Shown here piece after piece: positions 50,731 to 59,535 of a stretch of 64,000 nucleotides of DNA. The number at the start of each line of letters is the position of its first letter. Positions within the stretch are counted from its first letter, which is position 1. The notes below the pieces were generated by a model that made no database searches, had not been told where the DNA came from, and saw only the letters and a list, made by a program, of their open reading frames with translations. This DNA comes from a virus. The position numbers and the translations under genes are program-made. The DNA is taken from positions 10,697 through 74,696 of the IMG/VR virus record IMGVR_UViG_3300028534_000022, one strand, 5' to 3'.

Positions 50731-50822
50731 TAAAAATAATTGATGTGACTATACCTACAGCTCCTGTTCATGGTAATGATAAATATTATTTTGATGCCAC
50801 ACATTGTAACAAATTTGGTTCA

Positions 50823-50860
50823 ACTATATACTAGTAGCATGTATGCTACTAGTATATAGT
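50823..50860. terminator. 18-bp-arm palindrome
   Basis: ACTATATACTAGTAGCAT-GT-ATGCTACTAGTATATAGT. Confidence 0.7.
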
Positions 50861-50918
50861 GTTCCATTTTTTTATAAACATATATCATAAAGATAGAACA
50901 TATAAGGAGTAAACAATG
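50859..50918 (+). promoter_or_regulatory. Promoter+RBS module, copy 2
   Basis: Near-identical to 16824-16883. Confidence 0.7.
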
Positions 50919-52463
50919 GTTTTAGAAATAACAGAACAAGTCAACTTATTGACTAACAGAGAGTTAATGGAAAGATTTCCGGTATTAGTAGACTACGGAT
51001 ACGATTCGACTTACAAAGACACCAACATGATAACTAGAAATAATAAGATTAGATTCTTATTAACGCTTTATGCTATGTATCAAGATAAGAATTATAGTTT
51101 ATTAGCATCAAAAGATATTTTTGAAAAACTAGATGATTTAATTATGAGACACAAGAGCTACGATAGTGTTTATTTTTTAAATATGTTATCTGATTATTAT
51201 GGTGCTGTATTTGGTAACAACATACATGTCGAACATGATTTATATGTTTATGTAAGTTATACTCTAACTATAACATTAACCACAATAGGTGATTTTGTTA
51301 GTTATTATCATAATGTGAATAACATACATATTGATATGGGTAATGTACATTATAATAAAACGCCTTTTTATATAGAGCTAGATGAACACCATATGACATA
51401 TTTAGATATATCAAATGGTAGTAATGATCGAAAAACTATTTTACAAAAGTATAATAGTTTGAAGAAAGACAAATCAAAAAGATTGGCTACGATAAACAAT
51501 GCTCTTGAATCTTTAAAGAAATATGACAATTCTGTAATTGGTGATAATGTTTTTAAATATATGGTTTACAAACTTCTTGATGAATATATAACGATTAATC
51601 CTGGATATGTGTTATTTTTAGTTTATGTTATTAATCTAGATATGAATTATAACTTATCTAACACTCTTAAATCAGAAGATATAGTAGATATTGAATTTGT
51701 ATTTATTGCTAACAATAAAAGATACAAAAAATATGGGTTGTGGGATGATAAAGATTTAAAGATAGAACTAATCATAAGTAGAAAAGATGGCACTAAAGAG
51801 GAAGTCAGTATCGTAGACTTATTAATGTCTAAATCAGATACTAAAAATAATATTAAAAGAGCGCAAGAATGTTTAGGCGAGCATAACCCAAATGATTTAG
51901 CAGATATGGATCCTGAAGCTATATTCAATATGTTTCTAAAGGAATCATATACGGACATACAGGAGTCACCGAATCTCGAAGAAGATTTAAAAGAGTGGTC
52001 AGAAAAAACAGGATTTAAATTCAGTAATCCAAAAGAAGAAAACTTAAATAAAACAGGAGAAGAAAACATGGATACACAAAACAAAGCAACTAAACCTTTT
52101 GAGGTAGAAACAAGAATTATCATCAAGAAGAAAACACAAGACGATTATATATATAGTCCTAACGAACTTAACGTACCGGAATATAATGGTATTAAATACC
52201 CTGTAGCTATCGGGGTACATGATAAGACAGGAAAGTTATTAGGGTACCTTGGTAAAAACGGTGATTTAATAACTAACGTAACTATTGGTATCACATATGC
52301 GCCGCAAGGAGCTATTTCTTCACAAGCTATGCCACATCAACAATTTGGAGGCATGTCCGGTTCACATGTTCCAACGCACCAATCAGTAATTGGTTATAAT
52401 GAATTATTGTTAGTGCGTGCATTAGAGTTCCATAAAATCATAGGAGAAATACAAAATGTCTAA
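50916..52463 (+). CDS. Hypothetical protein (probably early)
   Basis: 515 aa, downstream of the early-type promoter. Confidence 0.75.
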   Translation: MVLEITEQVNLLTNRELMERFPVLVDYGYDSTYKDTNMITRNNKIRFLLTLYAMYQDKNYSLLASKDIFEKLDDLIMRHKSYDSVYFLNMLSDYYGAVFGNNIHVEHDLYVYVSYTLTITLTTIGDFVSYYHNVNNIHIDMGNVHYNKTPFYIELDEHHMTYLDISNGSNDRKTILQKYNSLKKDKSKRLATINNALESLKKYDNSVIGDNVFKYMVYKLLDEYITINPGYVLFLVYVINLDMNYNLSNTLKSEDIVDIEFVFIANNKRYKKYGLWDDKDLKIELIISRKDGTKEEVSIVDLLMSKSDTKNNIKRAQECLGEHNPNDLADMDPEAIFNMFLKESYTDIQESPNLEEDLKEWSEKTGFKFSNPKEENLNKTGEENMDTQNKATKPFEVETRIIIKKKTQDDYIYSPNELNVPEYNGIKYPVAIGVHDKTGKLLGYLGKNGDLITNVTIGITYAPQGAISSQAMPHQQFGGMSGSHVPTHQSVIGYNELLLVRALEFHKIIGEIQNV

Positions 52464-53613
52464 TCCAGTAATACCTAATGATATACAGAATATGTATATC
52501 TTAGATATGGAAGAAATAGAATCAATACAAAAGGGAAATAAAATGAAACAAAAAATATATGCTACGTCTGTAACGACTTTACCAAATTTTGGTCCTTATC
52601 TCGAAACCGGAGTTTTAGTTACTGATTTTAGAAAAGGTGCCTGTATAGCCACAATATATATTGGCAAAATATTAAATTTCCAAAATGATTTAACATTAGT
52701 ATTACGACATATTGACCACACATATTCTGGTAAACCAAACAATTATGACCGTGATAAAACGTTAGCTGAAGCAATACAAGTTATACCTGGAACAATATCT
52801 GGCTTAGAGGAATTAGTATATTTATCAGAATTTAATGCGACTATAGCTGAATTTCTCGCTACGTACGAATTATGTATTCCTGAAGAAAATAAAAATACTG
52901 ACTACCAATGCGATACACACGAAATAACTTTACCTGGATACACAGAAATAGCATGCCGTAACCATGTAAGTTTTACAGAATGTGAAGGTAATAGTATGTA
53001 TAAGTGGTTAAACCCATATATTGGTCTTAGCGATACAGGACTTAAGTTTGAGTATTATAACAAAACATGTATTACACAAATTGAGTTAAAAGGTACTTTT
53101 GATACTTGGTTATTGCAAATAGCTACAGGCATTATTGACGGGAAAACTCCTAACAAGCAACAAATCGATATGTTGGAAGATGCTTTTAAAGAGCAGTACC
53201 ATAGTGATCTGCATTATATAAACTTAGACAGAATGTATGTTCCGGCTAATGTGAACGACGATATCATTGCTGCGACATATAACAAAAGATTATGGTTAGG
53301 CGATAAAGATGAAATTAGTTTAATGGATAAAGCTTATTTTATTTATGCGATGTATAAAACACAACACTATGTTCCTGCGGAAGCAAAACATAATATCCTA
53401 TCTAAAATAGATCCTAAAGATATTCTTAACGGTAAACGTAAACTATGTTACAGTAGTAATAAAATGGATATTGTTATAGATAATGGATATATCTGTTTAT
53501 ATAACAATAAGACACAAAAACGATATCAAGCTAAACTTAAAGTGGTTACTAAAAATAACAAACCTAAAGTAGAGTATGATATTCATAGGGCTAAAGTTAA
53601 AGATGATACATAG
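52456..53613 (+). CDS. Hypothetical protein
   Basis: 385 aa, overlap-coupled. Confidence 0.7.
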   Translation: MSNPVIPNDIQNMYILDMEEIESIQKGNKMKQKIYATSVTTLPNFGPYLETGVLVTDFRKGACIATIYIGKILNFQNDLTLVLRHIDHTYSGKPNNYDRDKTLAEAIQVIPGTISGLEELVYLSEFNATIAEFLATYELCIPEENKNTDYQCDTHEITLPGYTEIACRNHVSFTECEGNSMYKWLNPYIGLSDTGLKFEYYNKTCITQIELKGTFDTWLLQIATGIIDGKTPNKQQIDMLEDAFKEQYHSDLHYINLDRMYVPANVNDDIIAATYNKRLWLGDKDEISLMDKAYFIYAMYKTQHYVPAEAKHNILSKIDPKDILNGKRKLCYSSNKMDIVIDNGYICLYNNKTQKRYQAKLKVVTKNNKPKVEYDIHRAKVKDDT

Positions 53614-53632
53614 AGCCATTGCTCTATGTATC
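53605..53632 (+). terminator. Hairpin plus T-run
   Basis: GATACATAGAGC-CATT-GCTCTATGTATC. Confidence 0.65.
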
Positions 53633-53661
53633 TATTCTATTTTTTTTTTAATTAAATATAA

Positions 53662-53681
53662 ACATATATTATTTATACAGA
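53662..53681 (+). promoter_or_regulatory. Putative early promoter
   Basis: ACATATATTATTTATACAGA. Confidence 0.55.
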
Positions 53682-53699
53682 ACAATAAGAAAGAGGAGA

Positions 53700-53761
53700 A
53701 CAATATGAATAACATTCCGACTAACAATAAACAATATGAATAACATTCCGACTAACGATAA
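53700..53761 (+). repeat. 31-bp tandem duplication spanning the start codon
   Basis: ACAATATGAATAACATTCCGACTAAC(A/G)ATAA x2. Confidence 0.9.
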
Positions 53762-54908
53762 AGAGTTATGGAAACCTATTAAAGGATATCCTAAATACTA
53801 TATTTCTAACCAAGGAAGAATTTGGTCAGAACACACTAAACAATTTATTAGACCTCATTTACGTAATAAGAAAGAAGATTCTTATTTAAAGGTAGGCTTA
53901 ACTAATGAAGAAGGTCCTAAGACTTTAGTTTATCATAGGTTATTAGCAGAAGCATTTATTCCTAACCCAGAGAACAAATGTTGCGTTAACCATAAAGATG
54001 GTAACAAACTTAATAATAACTTAGATAACCTAGAATGGGTTACCTATAGTGAGAATAGTATTCATGCTGTAGAAACAGGCTTATCACCCATTGGTTCTGA
54101 TAGAACTACCGCTATATTATCTGATGATGACATATTAGAAATAGCTGAAGAACTTAAAAAGGGTAAACGTAGCTTTTCATCTATAGCAAGAGACTATAAT
54201 GTAGACTCATCTACAATAAGACATATATATAATAAACGTAACTGGAGTCATCTTTTAAAAGATATAGACTTTAATAACAGCATGCAAAACTTTGAACAAT
54301 TAGACAAACAAGATGTCTATGAGATTGCTGAAACCTTTTTAAAGACAGGTATGTCTAATAAAGAAATAGCTAAACGTTATGGTGTTAGTGATACAACTAT
54401 CGGACGCATACGTAGAAGAGAGATACATACTGATGTTACTAACAAAATACAAGGAGATTTCTTTAAGAAGTTTAGAGAAGCGGAAGCTATCCGTAAACCT
54501 GGTAATACTCTTTTAACTAGAGATCAAGTTATTGAAATCTGTGAAAAGTTAAGTCAAGACAATGTTAACTTAAGTAAGATAGCTAGAGAGTATGGTCTTA
54601 AGAATAGTGATAGCATTGCGGCTATTTACAACGGTGAAACTTGGAGAGAGATTAGTCAGAACTATAAATTTGGTAAACTAGCTAAAAAGAAGACAACCGA
54701 TGAACAGTTACATCGAGTTATTAAGTACTTTATGGAGACTAACCTTATGAATACTGAGATAGCTAAGTTAACAGGAGTACATAAAGATGTTGTTAAGAAG
54801 ATGAGAAACAGACAAGCGCATAAACATATAACAGAATCGCCTGAGTATAAAGATTTAGATTTTAAGAAAAACATGAAACCTAGAAAGCCAAGAAAGAGTA
54901 ATATGTAG
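53736..54908 (+). CDS. NUMOD4-HNH homing endonuclease with C-terminal HTH repeats
   Basis: WKPIKGYPKYYISNQGRI (NUMOD4); HRLLAEAFIPNP..VNHKDGNKLNNNLDNLEWVT (HNH); four IA..YGV-type HTH repeats. Confidence 0.9.
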   Translation: MNNIPTNDKELWKPIKGYPKYYISNQGRIWSEHTKQFIRPHLRNKKEDSYLKVGLTNEEGPKTLVYHRLLAEAFIPNPENKCCVNHKDGNKLNNNLDNLEWVTYSENSIHAVETGLSPIGSDRTTAILSDDDILEIAEELKKGKRSFSSIARDYNVDSSTIRHIYNKRNWSHLLKDIDFNNSMQNFEQLDKQDVYEIAETFLKTGMSNKEIAKRYGVSDTTIGRIRRREIHTDVTNKIQGDFFKKFREAEAIRKPGNTLLTRDQVIEICEKLSQDNVNLSKIAREYGLKNSDSIAAIYNGETWREISQNYKFGKLAKKKTTDEQLHRVIKYFMETNLMNTEIAKLTGVHKDVVKKMRNRQAHKHITESPEYKDLDFKKNMKPRKPRKSNM

Positions 54909-54930
54909 TAGCTTATGTGCTACTACATAT
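54901..54930. terminator. Bidirectional hairpin at a convergent junction
   Basis: ATATGTAGTAGC-N6-GCTACTACATAT followed by a T-run. Confidence 0.65.
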
Positions 54931-54942
54931 AGTATTTTTTTT

Positions 54943-55806
54943 TTAGAAATCGAATTCGTCACTACCGGCATCAGCTAATTCATTAAGTTTATCATCATCT
55001 TTACTGTTTAAATTTTCTTTAATCGGAGCACCTTTAGGGAATGGTAATGTAAAATACATTTTATCATCATCCAGAATACCAGGAGTACGGTGTTTTCCTC
55101 TTTGTACTGTTAAATATGGCTTTCGTTGTATCCTCGCGATGTGTAGGTATAATTCTCCGTCTGGCACGGTATCGAGCGTTCTCACGCCTTCAGCGTAACC
55201 TTTATTAGCTACTTCTTTTACAAAGTTAACATCAGGAACTCCGTTCCTTATTAATTGTTTAGCGTCACTAGAAAGTTGATGCGGAGTAATACAAAGGATA
55301 CCTTTAGAAGAACACACGTTACGTACTCTATTAAATAAATCTTTCACATCTACTCCGTGTGGACCGCTAACACATCCTGTTGTTGGTAATTTAAATAAAT
55401 AATCTATAAACAACGCGTGTATCTCGAATCCTTCTGCTTCATATTCCAATAATTTATTAAATAAATTTTTATAAGTCCAATCAGAAGGATTAACTCTTAA
55501 AATTTTAATATTGTACCCATTAACAGTTAATTTTTCTCTAATGTATTTAGCCACCTCTTTAGTTGTTACTGTTGACAAATCAGGTAACACATCATGTTCA
55601 TTATAGTATAGATATTTATACATAAAGTCCAACATAATATCGGCATCATCTTCAAATGATAAAAATATCATTAAGGGTTTTTTAGTAGGATCTTTCATCA
55701 TTGGTTTATTGTGTACCGGTAATTGTAAAAAAACACTTCTAGTAAAACCTGATTTATATTTATGTTGTAATGCATAGAATATCCAGAATTCCCCTTTTCT
55801 AAATCC
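54943..55806 (-). CDS. dnaB: DnaB-like replicative helicase, exon 2 (phiKZ gp118-like)
   Basis: GFRKGEF..YALQHKYKSGFT (Walker A region), FIDYL, ITPHQLS, DGELYLH, TVQRGKHR. Confidence 0.88.
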   Translation of the reverse strand, partial: GFRKGEFWIFYALQHKYKSGFTRSVFLQLPVHNKPMMKDPTKKPLMIFLSFEDDADIMLDFMYKYLYYNEHDVLPDLSTVTTKEVAKYIREKLTVNGYNIKILRVNPSDWTYKNLFNKLLEYEAEGFEIHALFIDYLFKLPTTGCVSGPHGVDVKDLFNRVRNVCSSKGILCITPHQLSSDAKQLIRNGVPDVNFVKEVANKGYAEGVRTLDTVPDGELYLHIARIQRKPYLTVQRGKHRTPGILDDDKMYFTLPFPKGAPIKENLNSKDDDKLNELADAGSDEFDF

Positions 55807-56224
55807 CGTAGTGTTCACCAGGTATCGCTACTACCTAGCAGTTCTCTCATGAACTTCTCTAGCTTTCGCTAGAAGACCAGACTATATCTTCATCCTTAGC
55901 GTTACATATGTAACCTAGTAGGATGGATAATATTTCGATTTAAGGGATTCTATACCCACTCGCTTGAGCCCTACTCTCCCTACGGAGATAGTCGTTGAAC
56001 GTTCCTCATAACAAGGCTTCGCTGCTGATTGTCCATTATAACTGACCTTAGCCTCTCGACATAGTCTATCTAATATATTTTTTCTGCTTTCGCAACATTC
56101 ACACTTACTATTTCTAGTTATGTTGTAGTTATATTAGCTTTAGGAGTTCCCAGCAATTAATTATCTTGTAACATAGTATATTACTATACTAAGCGGCAGT
56201 ATTGTATTTAGTAATACAATGTTT
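55807..56224 (-). ncRNA. ORF-less group I intron (418 nt) in the DnaB-like helicase gene
   Basis: Minus strand: P AATTGCTGGGAAC, Q AATCAGCAGCGAAG, R GTTCAACGACTAT, S GAAGATATAGTC; P3 GATAAT/ATTATC; P9 CTAGC-GAAA-GCTAG; 5' exon ends in U, intron ends in G; removal gives in-frame TQG|GFRKGEF. Confidence 0.9.
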
Positions 56225-56872
56225 ACCTTGTGTCAGAGTATTTAGCTCTTTCCAACCAGTTATAAGCTTTGTACCACCTTCACTATTTCCCTTTACTTTA
56301 TCTAAAGTAACAGACATACTCTCTTCATCAGACATATCTATTTCATCTACAATACCTGGGTCTTTAGATTTAGTAACCATAGTTAATGCTTCTATATTAG
56401 TCGCTAACTTACTAGCATACTCTTGTATACTTTCATCTACTAGTTTACCAGCAGATAGTTTGTAAGAAGCAGCAGAGATTAGCTTTTTGAGTTGTTCTTC
56501 TTTGTAGTAGTTATTTAAAGTGTTTCTTAACGATAAGATAGTTCTCTTAAGAGAAGGTTTACTTAACTCTACGTTAATAGCTTTATCCACTACTTTAAGT
56601 AAGTTCTCGTTGTCTTTAATAATGAGTTCTAATGATTGTAGTAAAGACTCTTTATCATAGTTGTCAGGATTGTTAATCATGTCCTGTAATAGGTGTTTTA
56701 AGTTCTCTAAGATATCAGATTCACCACCATGGTAGAGTTTAGTGGCGGTAGAGTTCATTACTTCTAATACCGTTCTTACTAGTTCTTTACTAGTGTCAAT
56801 TTCGTTACTACCTAATTCGTTTTCTCGGTGTAGTAGTGTTATAGCTTTTATTAGTACGTCTATAGCTAACAT
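56225..56872 (-). CDS. dnaB: DnaB-like replicative helicase, exon 1
   Basis: Start MLAIDV at 56872 (RBS AAGGAA); ends ITGWKELNTLTQG; spliced product 503 aa. Confidence 0.85.
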
Positions 56873-56958
56873 ATATTTCCTTTTGTAGATAGTTATTATC
56901 TTGTTTGTTCTATAGAAATAGTGTTTTGTAAAAATATTAAAAATGTAAAATAATACAA

Positions 56959-56978
56959 CCATATATTATTAATATAGA
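56959..56978 (+). promoter_or_regulatory. Putative early promoter
   Basis: CCATATATTATTAATATAGA; 19 bp identical to 63330-63348. Confidence 0.6.
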
Positions 56979-57022
56979 ATAAGTAACCAAGGTTATTTAT
57001 AATATAACTACAGGAGTAAGTA

Positions 57023-57733
57023 ATGGCAGAAATGTTAAAAATAGTAACAACAGATAGTGTAGCGATGGCAGTTAACGATCCAAAAAAAGTTAGTATTGAT
57101 GATCCGGTATTAATATACCTTGACGTAGATAATACAACACTATATATAGATACTTATGCATTTAGAAACGTTAGTAAAGATAAGTTGGAGAAATACAGTG
57201 AAGTTATTGAAAAGTTAAAACCTAATTACCGGTTAGCTTTTTCACCTACACTGGTTGAGTATTTGAATAAATCCTTTATCTTTTCAGAAATGGATGTTTT
57301 TGATTTAATGGATACCCTACGTGAGATAGCTAGAGATGATCTGAAAGAAGATATTGTTGGTATTAAATATATTTTAATCAATACTTATCTAAAAATGAAT
57401 GAAGATGATGGTGCTAGTGAAACTACTAAAGATGAAGTTAAAACAAATAATGACATAGTGAAAGAAGCTAATGATATTGTCGAAGGTGAGCTAGATTTAG
57501 TAAGTATGTTACAAAGTGGAATTATTAAACCTGATGAGGATTTAGTATCTGTATATAAAAAATCCATCAAAGGAATTAGAGGAGTGACTCCATTAGAGAT
57601 ATGTGTTATTACATATAATGATTTAATTATGTATATGCATGATCGAGATAAAGATACTGTACGAGGACGCAAGTTAACACTACTTAGTTTAATACTAGAA
57701 GAGTTAGAGAAGATAGATAACCTACAGGAGTAA
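57023..57733 (+). CDS. Hypothetical protein
   Basis: RBS AGGAG. Confidence 0.7.
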   Translation: MAEMLKIVTTDSVAMAVNDPKKVSIDDPVLIYLDVDNTTLYIDTYAFRNVSKDKLEKYSEVIEKLKPNYRLAFSPTLVEYLNKSFIFSEMDVFDLMDTLREIARDDLKEDIVGIKYILINTYLKMNEDDGASETTKDEVKTNNDIVKEANDIVEGELDLVSMLQSGIIKPDEDLVSVYKKSIKGIRGVTPLEICVITYNDLIMYMHDRDKDTVRGRKLTLLSLILEELEKIDNLQE

Positions 57734-57736
57734 ATA

Positions 57737-58126
57737 ATGGCAAAGGTAATACCTGAACGTAAAGTTAGTAAAAATAGCAAAACTAGAAGAGTTAACAAAT
57801 TTGACGATGGTCAAGTTATGGAACGCTATATAGAGGAATCACCACTTAGTAAACTAGAAGTTACTAAGTTTAAATGTAAACACTGTGACCTAACATTTGG
57901 TGCTAAAAATATAGCTGAAGTAGTTCGTTGTGGTAAAGTATGTGGTCCGTGTAAACGAATAGTTGGTAGTCCTGGGTATAGAAAAGAAGATGCTCCTAGT
58001 AAAATAGAAGTACCTAAATTCAAAAGAACTCAACACTACACATGTAAACGTTGTGGCGCTACATATATAGAAAACAATACTAAATGTGTGCTATGTGATT
58101 GTATTGAATTCTTAGATAAACTATAG
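57737..58126 (+). CDS. Multi-Cys zinc-ribbon protein
   Basis: CKHC, C..CGPC, CKRC, CVLCDC; paralog of the C-terminus of 4999..5835. Confidence 0.7.
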   Translation: MAKVIPERKVSKNSKTRRVNKFDDGQVMERYIEESPLSKLEVTKFKCKHCDLTFGAKNIAEVVRCGKVCGPCKRIVGSPGYRKEDAPSKIEVPKFKRTQHYTCKRCGATYIENNTKCVLCDCIEFLDKL

Positions 58127-58165
58127 TAGTACTATATTAGTTGAAAATAATTAAGGAGTCCACCC

Positions 58166-58726
58166 ATGTCCAGAATCTATACTATAGATACCGCTAACCT
58201 AGTAGAAAGATTTACTAAAAGATTATATGTAGCATCTAATGTAGATGAGATCATTATTCTTTTAGAGAATAAGTTAACTGCGCGTAACAATCAGTTGAAT
58301 GCATGTAAACGTGAATATAAAGATCTTGAAGAGAAGTATTTAGCATTAGAAGATGTTAAGAACAAAGCTTTAGAGAATCTTAAAGCAGTTCAAAAAGTTG
58401 CTAGTAAGTGTGCTGAAGAAAAAGCATCTTTAGAAACAGTTAACCAAAATCTTATTAAAGATAATACTAAGCTAAAAACTGAATTAGAAGAACTTAAAGA
58501 AAAGTTAGCTAAATTAGAAAGCGAAGTAGAAACTTTAGAAGACCAACCTGTTTGTGATGTTAATGGTAAAATCACATTTACAGATGAAACATTAGAAGAG
58601 ATGTTACATCTATTACAGAATGGTTCTACATATACTGAACTATCTGAAAAATATGGCGTTTCTAGAAGCACTATCTCTAGAAGAATTAAAGAAAAATATC
58701 CTAACATCAAAGAGTTGTTAGCTTAA
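58166..58726 (+). CDS. Coiled-coil protein with C-terminal helix-turn-helix
   Basis: Long heptad region; GSTYTELSEKYGVSRSTISRRI HTH. Confidence 0.7.
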   Translation: MSRIYTIDTANLVERFTKRLYVASNVDEIIILLENKLTARNNQLNACKREYKDLEEKYLALEDVKNKALENLKAVQKVASKCAEEKASLETVNQNLIKDNTKLKTELEELKEKLAKLESEVETLEDQPVCDVNGKITFTDETLEEMLHLLQNGSTYTELSEKYGVSRSTISRRIKEKYPNIKELLA

Positions 58727-58731
58727 TATAA

Positions 58732-58759
58732 ACTTAGAGTAGCTATAGCTACTCTAAGT
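58732..58759. terminator. Perfect 28-bp palindrome plus T-run
   Basis: ACTTAGAGTAGCTA|TAGCTACTCTAAGT. Confidence 0.7.
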
Positions 58760-58848
58760 ACTTCTTTCTTTTTTTGTTGTTGTATGAGTAGAGATAATCT
58801 CTACATCATATTACTGGCCAGTGATATGTAATTTAAAGGAGCAACTAT

Positions 58849-59463
58849 ATGTTTAATAAAAAAGAATATAGTGGTAAGAATGTTATTTTTTTACCTAATT
58901 ATATAGTTAGTGCATTAAAAGCACACAATATGACACTTAGTGATTTTGAAAACATTATGATTTATAGTGTTGACAAACCAGAATTAATTAAAACACTTTT
59001 AGACAAAATGTCTAAATATGATTTAATGGATTTCTATGTTAGCAATATGGTACTTAACAATGCGTTGTTTGGTGAAGATAGTCATGGTAGTTTTCATGAC
59101 GCTATTAAATGGGAAATTCCTGCTATCATAGAGAAAGAGTTACATGTTAATAGATTAAAAACTACACCGTACAATGAAATGCGCGAACGTTATAAAGATG
59201 TTATAAATAACTTAAGTGATAGTAAATGTATATTAATGAGTAGTAATAATGAAAACGAACCATTCACTTTTGAAACTAGTGAACAAACGCTATTTGTTAT
59301 TCTACACAATGGATTTACTGATTTAACTGTAAAAGGTAACCGTACTGTGTTGCATGATTTCATGCGTGTATTAGTAAACAAAATGTTTAATGTATTTGGT
59401 GATGAACACACAATGAGTCATAGCTTATATAAAGCTTACTTAAAAAGTTGTTTGAATAACTAA
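58849..59463 (+). CDS. Hypothetical protein (position of phiKZ gp119)
   Basis: RBS AAGGAG; directly upstream of the capsid gene; assignment by synteny only. Confidence 0.65.
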   Translation: MFNKKEYSGKNVIFLPNYIVSALKAHNMTLSDFENIMIYSVDKPELIKTLLDKMSKYDLMDFYVSNMVLNNALFGEDSHGSFHDAIKWEIPAIIEKELHVNRLKTTPYNEMRERYKDVINNLSDSKCILMSSNNENEPFTFETSEQTLFVILHNGFTDLTVKGNRTVLHDFMRVLVNKMFNVFGDEHTMSHSLYKAYLKSCLNN

Positions 59464-59535
59464 TGTGTTCCAAATGTAAGACTACTGGTCTATAAGCAAA
59501 ACTTAAATTTAAATCTATTCTAAAGGAATAATAAT

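Noticed and set aside
56189-56224. KHCITKYNTAA as the true C-terminus of an independent 257-aa protein
   Set aside because: It is read-through into the intron 5' end; splicing at 56225/55806 restores the DnaB motif.
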